Shown here: positions 25,116-46,800 of the stretch, one piece after another | Layout of the letters: each line of letters opens with the position of its first letter | Numbering within the stretch: position 1 is the first letter of the stretch | DNA from: Phoronis australis | Taxonomy: Eukaryota > Animalia > Phoronida | Length of the DNA stretch: 64,000 nucleotides | NCBI GenBank assembly: GCA_002633005.1 | Contig: NMRA01000188.1 | Span: 478,883 to 542,882, forward strand | Direction: 5' to 3' | The notes under the pieces: generated by a model | What the model saw: only the letters and a program-made list of their open reading frames with translations | What the model was told of the DNA's origin: nothing | The model's database searches: none | Program-made: the position numbers and the translations under genes

Positions 25116-25684
25116 GAGGCCCTAAAGTCGTGAACGTTTCATTTAGACGGAAATGCACGAAGTATGACCACACAAGTCAACTACAGTGCTTACAGTTACT
25201 CTAGATGACATAAAAGTACATTGCATTGTTTATTGATTCAGTTTCAATTGAAATAAACTGTTATATGTTTTCCACCCAACTTTGATGTGCACAGACGTGC
25301 TCACGTAAAATGCTAAGAACCCAGCATCAATTATCGCTCTGTATTTTATTGTTTTGGCCTTACAAAACTTGATCGACCCTGGGACATTTTGATACAGTGT
25401 TCAAGCTATCCCTGGACCGCGTATTTGAGTAAATCTGAACGATAAATATTTTCGAAAATATATCCCAAAAATGCACAAAAAAGTGAATTAGTGAAATATG
25501 CTGTTTTTAAGATACATTTGAAAAAAGAAGCCACTCACTCACTCTTTGTTATCATATTGTGAATACGAACACGTTCGGGTATTCGTTTGACGTTCGTAAG
25601 CAGACGAACGCTGGAAACTTCAACGCCAGATGTCGCAGGACCGCGCAGAAGAGGAAATAAGATCGTTCACGACTTTAGGGCCTC
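25116..25684. repeat. Perfect 21-bp inverted repeat bounding 569 bp (probable MITE)
   Basis: GAGGCCCTAAAGTCGTGAACG (25116-25136) / CGTTCACGACTTTAGGGCCTC (25664-25684); an extra partial copy CCTAAAGTCGTGAA lies near 24924. Confidence 0.65.
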
Positions 25685-26363
25685 TGACGGTATAGAATTA
25701 GAATAGCTAGTTACTGCTAGTAGCACATGCGTCTTCTGCTCAATGTCAGAAGGGCCTACATTTTTATCTGTAGTCTTGTGCTGTTATTTTCCACTTTCAA
25801 AACATATACGCCAAAAATCTCCTGATCCAGCGAATTTAAGAACCCATTGGCGCATTCGTGTATTTTTCATTTTTGCCATTGACTGATCACTCGTCCCTGC
25901 CGGGCCTGCGCACTCGCGACCTTGACTTGACGCTTGGGTGCACTTATAATGGAAAGTCATGACCTATGATCGCGAAGCGTCAGAAGAAGTGAACGTGGAC
26001 TACACCGAAACTGTCATACACCAGCTCACTTAGCAATTACAAGGGATTAATAATTACCTTCCGAATCAACGGTATTAAACTCCAAACTTCGCGGAAGAAA
26101 TCTAAGTTTCACCGATTGCTTAATTTCTCCTCATCGTCGAAAGAGCGCTTTCCACACAGCGGCCTCTTGTGGACAAAATGAAAGACTTCTACTTGTGTGT
26201 TATTTGACCGTTCTCCAGATTATTCCGCAGAGTAATTCCTATGTCCTAACTTAAGTAAACAGTCATTTACATTTAAGAATTATTGCTTTGGTAACCTTTA
26301 TCAGAGCAATTAAATCATTTTTGACACAGGAGTACAAGACTGGAATGGTGGTTGATTCACCAG

Positions 26364-26702
26364 TGTGGCGGCTAACTCAAGGCGCGCAGCGGGCCCGCGC
26401 AAGCCGCCGGGGGCATGCCATTTCAGTAGCCCGGGGTGTAGCTGGTGTTGTGAATGTTGGTTTGTGTGGTCTTGTCTTTCGTGTTGTCTTGTGTGTTCGT
26501 GTTCATCCGTGGGTTTCCGTCAGTGGCCGGATGTTGTAAGTTCTAGTTTTGTCACGTGACTGGGGAATCAAGAGCTCTCTGTTCGTGTGGCACTGCTGCA
26601 CGCAGGACGTCTGCGTTTGTGGGTCTTCAACTCAAGCGTGTATTCAAGCTTTCATATGAGTAAAGGTAAGCTGCACGAGAACCTGTGTATCGAGCCACAA
26701 CA
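26364..26702 (+). mobile_element. Possible solo or orphan LTR
   Basis: TG...CA ends with an 8/10 inverted match (TGTGGCGGCT vs TGTTGTGGCT); GC-rich 5' part; AGTAAA about 40 nt from the 3' end; TGG one base downstream. No TSD found. Confidence 0.35.
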
Positions 26703-29700
26703 CTGGGCTCATGACGGCGACATCCCATTGCTCCCAACTTGTTCGATTCTATAATCTAACAACAAGTTGGGACTGAAGTTTACCCGCGTAGCCAATATCT
26801 TACACGACTCAGTGGTTTCCATTCTGGCATTTATGCCGGCCGGGTTGGAGGGCCTGCGCTCTTTGTTCGAATCTCCGATGAGATCGGATCAGCCTGACTG
26901 GGCTGGGCTGATAAAAATTAAAGTTAAGTTATAACATATTTGAGCTTAAACCAATAGCATTTCTGAATTCCTCGTCAAATGCTGATCATGTTACGTTTTT
27001 GAATCACCAAAATCGCCCAATGAATCTATTCTGTTCAAACGGATTACCAACGCACTGGGTTTCGGACTGTGTTCATACGCGTTCGGTACTAGCGTGCAAC
27101 CACCAAAGATACGTTTCCTATGAAGCCTGGGAGATAATTGGCCTGCTGGTAATCATACGGGACAAAAGACTGAGCTGGGCAGTCAGTGACAAAAGAGCCA
27201 GATGTTATCGCAGTACGTTCTGCACCCCTCACGTCTGGAAACGTTACTGAATGACGTAGAACCCTGTTGTTTCAAATCTGGGAAATGTAGTTAGACCAGT
27301 GGAAAATGAAGAAACGAGACTCGCGTTTAATATCAAGAGAGACAGAATTGTGCCAATATTGAGTTGAAAAAAGGCCGCTTTACGGTGTCGGGCGGTGCGC
27401 TCATGTCGCTACGACCGCCCTCAGCCGTAGTCCATGCACTGGCACCGTTCCAAAGCCCGAACAGGCGTTGTTCCATACCGCCTGCATCATCACAGGACCA
27501 CAACTGGGCCTACATCAAACAAAAGTAAATGATCCCCAATCCCATTTTTAGTGTCAGTTCACCAGGCTGATCTGACATCCGGTGCGGACTCAGAAGAATC
27601 TTGAAACCTGTAACTCATGATAAGGAGAAAAGCGGGCACGCACCACCCCTGTGTACGTACCGTATACCGTACGTGGACGGGGTCCTTAATAGGTGGGCTT
27701 GCATTTGATGTGGGCAAGTACCAGGTTGACTACCTAATGTGAAATATCAGCCTCTGATTCACCATTAATTCTTTTAACCCGGTAGGTTACACCACAGAAA
27801 AAAGTGCACGGATGTGGTTTGATGTTTTTTGCGGTATACGAGACGTGCGCAGGCCTCATGGTAGTACCCATTCCGCACAAAACACGTGAGCTACGGTAGA
27901 CATAAGTCAGGACTAAGTTGAGCAAGTTCATTCCACAGTAATAAATATTGATGACAGCAGATTTTCTCGGCGGATTTCAAGACCTACATCAAAATTCGTT
28001 GCCAAACGTTAATCTTGCCAGAAACTAAAAGTGTCACCCGTAATTACGCTGGTAATTACGATCGAAACTCAGTCGCTAGGGTTTCACGACGTTAATCGTT
28101 CGCCCGTAATTTACACTCGTAATTAGCTCATCATTACGACAATAATCGTTCCCTCTCAATTGCGACTGAGACGTTTCTCGTAATCGTTATATCAGTATAC
28201 ATGTACTTCGGTAGCAGCCCGTCACTGAGTGGCACAAACTTCGTGAACACGGCAACTAAACTTTTCGCGGGTTTGAAAGCTTGATACAGAGTCGCTCCCG
28301 TAGTGAAGAAAGGAGATTGTTTCGACACTGTATCATGCTTTCAAACCGTTTGGTCGTGTTTTCAACGAAGTTTGTAGTAATCGTTTTAACTGGAAGAAAA
28401 ATTGATTTGTCAGGTCACGTGAGCTCTGAAGCAGTTGTAATCAGTGAGATGAATGTTGTAGTTCATTGGCTGAACTAACACTTGTGAGTGATAAGTACAC
28501 AAGTGCAACAGAAAATTAAGTGATATATTTACTTGCAGCCCTAGACGTCCCAGACAGTTGAAAATGATTCGCTACGGACACAGTTGTCAGAATGAATATC
28601 GATTATGGAATTAAAGTTGCAAAATCGAATTTGTGCACAAGTGCTTTTAAAACCACGAGGTCAAACTTGTTTACGCGTACTTATGATGTTTACATGTACT
28701 TTTAGATGAACGGTTATTCATTGATTGCCTGGTTCTCTAAATCAGGGTTCATTATAATATGTGACTAGTGGCTGTACAGGATTTGTGTTGACGGTGACGT
28801 TCCAATGACACCGGTTATTTTTTAAGAAAAACTACAGATTGTCCCATGCCAAAAATCGCATCCCCATGCCTGTCAAACGTACATGTGGTGTAGCACTATC
28901 GAGAACCGTCCGCGCTTAAAGGCATTTTCCTAATAACGTACCTTCAAACCGGAAATACCGTTCTCAAGCTTCGAGAGACAATCGTGTCATTATGGCCGGC
29001 ATGACAAATAGTCGTGATCTTCATCATACTTCCGATTCTGCCTACGAGCAATGTGATTAGGCGTATAAGTTCTTTACGACATGCTCGCCATTCACCGCGG
29101 AGGCAGTGTGGTTTCACCAGGCCCCGGGGAATAAGAGACTTCCCCCTTTACTCAAGGCCGTGGGTTTGAGTCCCTTTGGCAAGTTTGGGGCACTTTGCTA
29201 GACCCCAGAGCAGGTCTCTAGCTCCTCAGCTCGGTTTTAACTAAATATTAATGAAGGATAAAAATGGTTGCAGGTGATCAGTGCACTGCCGGTGCCGGCG
29301 AGCGCACGTCTGGAACAACGTGTGCCAGACTACCTGCAATTATATTATCCCCGCGTTAAGAACTGACACTAAAAACAAGATTTCTTCCTTATTCACAATG
29401 CATGTCCTACACAGCGTTTTTATTTATTTAAGACACAGTTTGATAAACTTTGAAATAAACAAAATCCCTTCTCAATGAATATTTGTCAAAGTTTGAAGCA
29501 AAAAAGTATAAAAACAAATTCGTATAAAAAGAAAATTCCCATTGCTTCACAGCATTTTTCCAATGACTAGTTTTATTCCTCCCAGAATTCCCCCGAGTAC
29601 TACCATGAGATACGGACATGCGCAAAGCGAACCATTTTCCACGGACTTATCTTCTGGAGGAAGACGTGTTTTTCCTTTGGAAGGTTTTTTCGCGCAAGTT

Positions 29701-31088
29701 ATACCGCGACCACGCTCAATTGCATAACTCTTTGCTACTGAGCATTTTCTTCTTATCCTATATAATCATCTTGGAAGTTTTTGGACGACCGAGCTCACCG
29801 ACTCTGTGTGACTCGGCGGGCCACACCTTGCCCGGTTTTACCGGCGCAGAGCNATTGGAAAAACCTGCGCCTGTTCCAACATGACTTGAGCTTCTATCAA
29901 GGGAAAAGTACAAGAACCGTTGGCCTAGCACACTAGATTCACAAAATAGGAGCATGTGACCGGAATTGCAAAAGCTCCATTTCACTTTGTTTAGCTGGCT
30001 AAAAAACGAATATCTAATGGTCTTGTTACAAACTCCAGTCACAGGCAATGCATACATGCAACATTTTCAAATTGAACTGTTTGAACTGTACTTGCTTTTA
30101 AAGGAAACAGAATCTTGTCATGGTATGAAATCGATTGTATGAGAATAAATGGCTTAATTCCGTTTTCGTTTTAGCCACCTAAATAGGGTGAAATGCATCT
30201 TTAAACACCACCTACGTATTTATTCAGTCAACCCACTTGCATTTCAATTCATTTATTTCAGTTGAGCACTAACCAATCTACATCATTCTAAATACAATCT
30301 GCACTCCTGATAGACAAAAATTTCCTTGATGACATGTCACGACTTATTTGCGTACTCTCACTATAAATTCAATCAGTACTGTCATAATGATGGGGAATTC
30401 ACAGAGGTTTAGTATTGTTATTTTTGCTGTGTCAAGTACAAGTGCCTTGGAACTCACTGGATACATGAAGGGATCAACAGGGAACTTGTGCACTTGACTG
30501 CACCCCCTCAGTAGAGTTGTACATGTAGGGGAGAGCGAGCAAGTTGTGTATGCGTGTCACACATTATGTGAATATTACAAGGTAAACCTAGCAAGCCTTT
30601 GGCGTGTAGTGGTTAAGGTTTACCTCTGCAACTCCCACAACCACAGTTCAGTTATTGGCTTTGTCAAGATGCAGTCAAGTTTGTAACAGTGAAGACAGGG
30701 TATCTACTTCGAATCACATTTACACTTTAAGTAGTCTTCAGCTTGTTGAAGTTTTCAGGGCCTGTGGTCTAATATTTGAACTCAAAAACACTTTTGACAT
30801 TTTTTGACAATTTCAATTTCATTTCTGTGTAAACTCCAGATAAGTGTCTGTTTTTCTCTGCTCGAGTATGTTATGGTTTGCACTTGATGATCACTAGATT
30901 TGAACAAAAAAATTGAGTAAAATCTCAAGATTTAAAGTAAGGAGACTCAAACTTAGACTATAATGGGGTCTGACTGTGGGGAAACACAGGAGATGTTGCA
31001 TATTCCTCTACTGCAGCAAAACAATGTGACCCTCAGAAGATCGCGACACACTGGTCCGCACCAAATCACCTCTAATCCTAAACCTCTG

Positions 31089-39873
<8,785 letters not shown>

Positions 39874-39951
39874 TTCAAGTTACCGAGGACTTTCGCTGTA
39901 AAGGCGACAACTGCACGTCAAACATGTGATTTTCGATCATTTATGCAACAT

Positions 39952-39960
39952 CCGGAAGTG
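39952..39960. promoter_or_regulatory. ETS/GABP-type motif CCGGAAGTG in the presumed Maf promoter
   Basis: About 80 bp upstream of the ATG in a CpG-containing region; motif match only. Confidence 0.35.
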
Positions 39961-40164
39961 ACTATGTCACTGCCACCTAACTATGAAAATGTGAACTAAT
40001 GACAGGTGATTTGCTTTTGAGTCCATGACTCCAGACATTACTACACTAGTCCGGGACCGATAACAGTGCAACATCGTCCCGTTGTGGCGATATTATGTAT
40101 TTAGTTTCTAACAGATGTTTATTAGTTCCGGTAGCACGTAAATGTATGACTGTTAATCACATTT

Positions 40165-40406
40165 CATGCGCGCACCCAGCCTTTTGGGGGGGCTCAGTCG
40201 AATTTCTGGTGGCGTGTGCCAGTGCCGGGACATGTGGGACCTTCTGCAGACAAAAAAGGGGGACGACTAAAAAAATGGGGTACCACTTTCACTGTGCGTC
40301 TGCGCCTTTTTAGTGTACTTATGCCTCGTTTTCTCGGACTTTTTGTTTCTCTCATGTTGGCGGACCTTTTTTTGCCCACAAGTTCGCCCCAGTGGCTGCG
40401 TGCATG
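40165..40406. mobile_element. MITE (CATGCGCGCACCCA ends); related copy ~41122-41380
   Basis: 12/14 inverted match CATGCGCGCACCCA vs CATGCACGCAGCCA; the second copy begins CATGGGCGCACCCA. Confidence 0.55.
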
Positions 40407-40599
40407 CGTTGACGTCCGTACACTAACGTCGCATCGTTACAGGCTAAAGTACGCCGGCAAAGCATGGTGTTGTATTACTGCCGTTTAGGTTCATATCTCC
40501 CACAGTATTACTTTCAGAGTATTACTTTCAGAAGCTTAAGGAAACAGACACGGTCATATTTTAATTATTGTCCTCTCAAGTTGTTTGTTACTTTGGTGT

Positions 40600-41120
40600 C
40601 AGTTCAGAAAGCCCGAAAATTTGAAGATTCGATATCGGCCTTAAAATTTGTTTTCAATGACCACTATTCGTCGTATTCCGCCTTACTGTCTAAATCAAAC
40701 TCTACTCCGCTTCTTGTTCAAAGACTACATGCCTTGGGGTGGCTGTTTCCAAGGATATGAATCAGATGGGCCTTTGTAGTTGCTCTAAAAGACGTGTCAG
40801 TGCCCTATGAGGTACGGGAAAAACACTCTTTGAGTTGCAAGGTTCGCCACTACATATTTTTATGGGCTTAATTCTATTTAACACCTGGGGGTATACCTTT
40901 TAAGATTGCCAAGACTCTCCCGTACTTTTCATTAATGAGTTAGGCCTAAGCAGCATGTGGCGCCACACTTGTGCTGTCAACAGTGCCTACGCTGTCAAAT
41001 ACTGTCTTTTATGCTTTGTAAGCCGTAATTGTATACTATCTGTACATAACCCTTCTAGGCCTATCCTCTTTAATTTGTACAAATTAATTTCTCAACTTAT
41101 CGGATAAACATTTTACTTAC
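40600..41120 (+). mobile_element. Decayed CR1/L2-type LINE 3' fragment
   Basis: ALKFVFNDHYSSYSALLSKSNSTPLLVQRL and a downstream YGLNSI resemble the ORF2 C-terminal tail of these LINEs; frameshifted. Confidence 0.65.
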
Positions 41121-43869
41121 TCATGGGCGCACCCATCAATTTCAGTTGGCAAAATGGGCAAAAAGGTCCGCCTCAGTGAAACAAAAAATCCGCGTACAAA
41201 CGAGACAAAAGTCCACAAAACCCACGGGAAGTCGGCGCGGATGCACAATTCAGTCGTGGGCCTGAACCTAGTGGCCCCGTTTTTTTGTTTTTTTTTTTTA
41301 GTTTTTAGTCCTCGTTGATTTCTTTCAGTAAAACGTCCGCATGTTTTAAAATTCGACCCCCTATATTTTAGGCTGGGTACTTATTTACTTACCAAGATCG
41401 GCCGCGCTCAGGCCAGTTCAGGTAGGCCTAGTGGTTGCCTTCTCCCGTCCATACACAGCCTACCCCAGAACAGCTTGCACTAATGCAACTTACCTCATTT
41501 TTAAGTTGCCGCATGTGGGATAAGTTGCGCTTATTTTAAATAGTGTCCAGACAAAGACAGTACTCAAACCTAGAGACAACTCGTTGACAACCATTAGGCG
41601 ACCCTAGAACAAGTTAGTTAGTAGCCAGAGCCTTGGACTGGGGGTGGACCTTTGATATTTTGCAAACGTCGACGTTTTCAGTTAAGCCCTCAGCTGACGC
41701 AACTTAGCCGGGTGTACTGAGGGAAATCTGTATACACGATGACTCTCAGCTCCTAAGTTTCTGAGATGAGACTAAACATTTTATCTTTGATGAAACGGAA
41801 TTAGCAATAGGGAGTGAGCCGGATGCCGTCGACGCTTGCTTGCAAAGACTGGGACTCAACATGAATTCGGATGCAATGTGGTCCAGAACGTTCTCGCGTT
41901 ACCTCATGCCAAACTTTCAAATCACGGCAGACGTGCTTAAAATGGGAACAGCACGACTACTTCGAAGGTTCATCAGTCCGTGACTAAAGTTTCACTACTT
42001 CGATCGAAAGTTCACTTCTACGAATAGATATAATATTTCCAACTTTCAAAGTTTTACACGCAAAAATAAACGAGACTCCGTTATTAGATGCTGAGTGGTG
42101 TAGTCTATCTATACCGAAAATAACTCCCGGATACTATAACACTTTGTTGGGATTTCATACGCATGCGACATTGCCGCATGTCTTTCGAACATGGAAAATG
42201 AGTAGGTTATTGCATTTAAAAATGCCAAGCCTAGGAATATTCAATGATCAACCACGATACCTTAATCAAATCCGTGTCAAGGTGACATCATTTCACATTC
42301 GAACATACAGTATTTGACGAACACTCAATTCGATCCGGCAAATTTGAAAATACCTGCCTTTGGCCGTATCGGTACTATACTAGCAAGGAATACAAACCTA
42401 TTTTCTGCTCTTTTGTTTCTTGGTCGAAGGCATGAACAATGCCCTACTTTTTGGGAGCTCGCTGCTATATGTCTCAGTTGGTATAGATATTTACTTCTAA
42501 ACTCAATCCCTTGTTACCCTACGATACGTGGACATCACGCGTGTTCAATGCCGATGTGTCGCATACCTCCTCTAGTCGTCTGCACAATCCTGTCCACGTC
42601 CACACCAACCACAGCAAGGGCAGAAGGCGAGATCCACCGATCCTGCGAAGCTGTCTGAGGGCTTTGCCCTCATCTACTCTACTCTCTGCACAATCCTGTC
42701 GAGGGGTCAGGTTGGTTTAGCCGGCGTACTAGGTAAGGGGCCGGAAATGAAGCGCGTGATTTGGTGAGTACCATTACATGTTACATAATACCAGATGACG
42801 TACCTTTTACTAACTGAAGTTCTCCCTGTGAACACAGTATTCCAAATCACGACAAATGTCTATAGAAAATCACCAAAGACGTTTTTGTAGACCAGGTGTG
42901 TTATACGACGTGACTTTTACAATGCAAGTAGGGAAAGCGCAAGTTCTGTTGCCCTTCTTGTACCCGAGTTGACTCTGAAGTTATTTGATTCGCGTCTTTA
43001 AGTGTTTCCTGGTATCATTTATATCCAATCCAAACCCTAGATTTTCTACACCAAATAAATATTTTGTTACAAGTAGCATACTTGAGTACGTAACTGTTTA
43101 CGAAGTTTAGTATTAGTGCGCTTTGCGTTCCTTGTGGCGTGACGTCACAAATCGCGCATTTGTCACAAAAACAATAAAAGAAATGTCACTGGGCCACGCG
43201 TTTCCGAACATCGAATAGGGGCTTACTGACAAGTCTGTGATTTAGAAAGATCTACAAAACTGGTGATTTGGTAAAAGTATACATTTTCTGAAAGTAGAAA
43301 ATCTAAAGAAATTGATTTTTAACTTTTGCCAATGCGAATTAGTTTACATACCGTAATCATGTTTTTTAGGAAAAATGTAGTAAAAAGATGGTAAATTGAT
43401 AGCAAAATAACACCTTCAACAACATGATCAAGTTTTATTTAATCAAAGTGTTGAAGATGAGATCTCAAAAAAATGTTTTTAGTTTTTTAAAATAACATTT
43501 CATTTTCGAGATATGCTACTTTATTATTTCATGAAAATCGGAAAAGTTCTATTTTTAATAGCTCCTTCTGGATAAGTAGAACGTTTTAAAAACAATTCCT
43601 GAACACGTTTTGGAGAACAATACATCTCAAACTTTCGTTTGAATCTGATCAGCCAGTTCCGAGATGTAATGTTCGAAATTACCCAAATTCGGATATTTTT
43701 CCAGGTTGCAACATAACCGTAAGAAATTTTAATTTTTAGGCTGCAAACTGAGAAGACGTGAGTGGACACAGATTTTCTTCCTAACTGGACGGATAAGGGA
43801 GAGACACAAAAGTAGTAAAATGCCTTTGCATGGTACACATGCAGATGCACGAGAAGCAAAAGGTCAAAG

Positions 43870-46800
43870 TTCAAGCAAACAAAATAATTTTAATTGATTT
43901 CCAGCCATATACAAACACAACTCAGTGGCCATAAAATATTAAGGTACACAATATTTGATATACATATATAATATATAGATTATGTAAATCAACCATTAAA
44001 ACAACCAGATCTTTACATGGAGATCAACAAAGAAGCTTTCTTGAAATTTGATTTTTCTGAATGTCACAACAACACCGACAATGTGATATATATCATGATT
44101 CTACATCCCACTCCAATGATTTCGTTTCTTCATAATTTGTTCCGATCCAAAACTCCTAATTTTTAAGTGAAATATTGCCATCGATTGTGAACAATAACAA
44201 GCTGCTGATCATTGGAGCTGTCGGAAGGCACCACAGAAATACTGGCACAATTGAGAATGTATAAGCATAATCCCGCTACATAATTGAGATTTTTCGTGAT
44301 TTGAAACTGTAAAACCATCACTGGCCTTGGACTGCTGTGTAAGACTATTACAACAGCTGTTGTTGTGACAATCAACAGAGAATTACAGAGTATCGACGGA
44401 AAATGTCATTCTTCCCCATGGCACTTGCTGAACACAAGATCCACTGAAAAGTGGAGCACTGAAATAAATGGCGGTAACATGCCTCTAATTCTCATTTCCA
44501 AAGGTCTTCAATAACGTCGGGAAACATCAACATTGTTTTTGAAAATGAACCTCAAAGTCAATCATTCGCTTCGTACCCCAATGAAATTTCCCAAAATTTG
44601 GACACTGAGAGCTTGCGCCTCTGAAAATTATGGGATGTGCCAAGATATCAGAACAAAAGAAAAATTCGACATTGGGAAATTGTAAATTACCTATGTCAAA
44701 TTCATGGAAACGTTCCGGGAAATATGTTATCCATTTAAAACTGGTGAATATTTCAAAATTACCGATAAATTGAGACCCGTTAACATACCGAAATTTTACC
44801 CCCAGATTAACTTGGACTCGGCAAGTGCTAAGCAGAAATGCTGACAACAGACGGATTCACTACGCATAAAATTATACCCAATCACGTGTTGCACATGGTA
44901 ACTAAGAGAAAATCATAGCTACTGCTCTTACTTCTATAAACCTTAAAATAATTAGTCTAAAGAATACTTAGTAATAATTCATATCCAATCACCTTTCCAA
45001 CAAATGGTTTGCGCATATTGTGTCCTTTTTTCACAACATGTGTAATATTGTCCGACTTACGATATGAACTACCAAGAAATAGGGTGTGGACTGCACACTC
45101 GGGGGCTGTGTTGACATAAATCCCAAGTCTGGTTGAAGCTAAGACGGTCATGGGCAGCCTATTATCAAGGTAATGCTTAATTTTTTATTAGACTGAAACG
45201 TTCACATAAAGGTGATAGTAGTTCAAGTTGAATGCCCACTATCACAAGACCAAAGAGCGACATTGATGAACTGTTGACCAAGTATTCAGGCTAGACGTCT
45301 CAGCCAAGACACTGGGTTCACATTGATTCAGAACACTATATAAAAGACAAATTCAAAGTTTGGCCTACCTAAGAAAATTATTAGAGAATTGTGTTGAAAC
45401 AGCAGATTAAGGACCTGTACAGACAGGTCGAGAGCAACAAACAAGTGCCAGTCTTATCTGTAACCTTTACACATGGTCACGGCAGCTGATTTACCCTGAA
45501 CTGAACACTTATCATGATAAATAGTATTTCCAACTTATTCTCCACGGCAACAGTATCATAACAAAAATCTACTTAGGGTAATAATATGACCACAACAACA
45601 CTCAGGAACAGCACACATTCAACAGTATAATACCGGACAACACTGCTGCGGTCGAGAGCCCTAACAATACAAGTCACCAAAGTTAGCAGCTGAAGAGCCC
45701 TTAAGTACGACGAACACCAAAATATCCCGGCCAAAGAACACGTTTTCTGAAGAGCGCACCTACCGATTACGGGCCACCTTTGGGTTTCAAAAATGTTTAA
45801 GGTATCAATTATAATCACAAAAAATTGGAAGCGTCTCTGTTTCAATTTGGAGGCAAATGCTACATTTCCTCCATGAAGATTGAATACTGCTACACTGAAG
45901 CGATCTGCGTACAAAAATAAAAGTTTTGGACTGATTCAACGAGTTCAGAGTACAGGACTACATTAGAAATAGGAGTAGCAATAATGTCAATAAACAAACA
46001 AGTGCGCAACAACAAACAAAACAAACTTCAGCCGCTAGCGAAACAATTTGAGTAATCCAACCACTGAATTGCAGATCATTTTTCAAAGAATTTGTGAGTA
46101 CCCTAGATGTACCATACAGACAACAGGTGAAAAGGCGGTACTTAGCCGGATATTTTCATATCTAAAATTAATAGTATCATTGGCAACAGTTTTACAAAAC
46201 CATGTGCTGGGTAGTTCTGAATGATAATCCGGTTGTGCAGTGGTCAGGCGACATTATAGAAGGGGAAAGCCTACATTTCTGGTGTTGTTTTACCTTGTTA
46301 AATGCAGTGGTGTTCATCACTCCCATTGGACATCATTACTTAACAACACAGACAAGTAACCCAATAGACACCAATTTTGTTTCTGCCCCAAAATTCACAA
46401 ACAAGAACGCAACCACAAATTCAACCATTCTTGCGCTTGCCCTGCGAAATCAAGCACAGAAACAAGTTTTATGGCTGTTACATCATTGATGCATAGTAAG
46501 AGCCATCAACTCAACTTTTAGAAAAATAACACCAAAATGTTGGCTTCCTCAATTATTATGCAAGCCATCAGGGTTTTGAATACACACATGGACTAATGAA
46601 CAATCAAGGATGTCAAAGATGTGAATAAACATAACACCGATTTGCAATGTGTGCCCTCTGGTGGAGACACATGGTATGACAAAATTGGCGTGAGGACTAG
46701 ACCTAAGTTATATGAGGACCCTTGAGCACAAAACAACACGAGAGGTTACCTGCAGTTCATACCGTGACTGAAACTCTACCTGCCAGGAAATGACATTCTC

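Noticed and set aside
29150-29240. Possible minus-strand hammerhead ribozyme (CTGAGGA, stem GCTAGA/TCTAGC)
   Set aside because: The required GAAA is absent (reads CAAAG) and I could not form stems I and III; at best a dead relic.
30597-30670. tRNA-like A-box TGGCGTGTAGTGGTTAAG
   Set aside because: No intact B-box or cloverleaf; at most a decayed SINE head.
41780-42720. Coding-looking open frames between Maf and the brat UTR
   Set aside because: No recognisable domain and no consistent exon chain.
43170-43800. Probable non-autonomous DNA transposon body
   Set aside because: Repeat-like composition, but I could not identify matching termini or a TSD.
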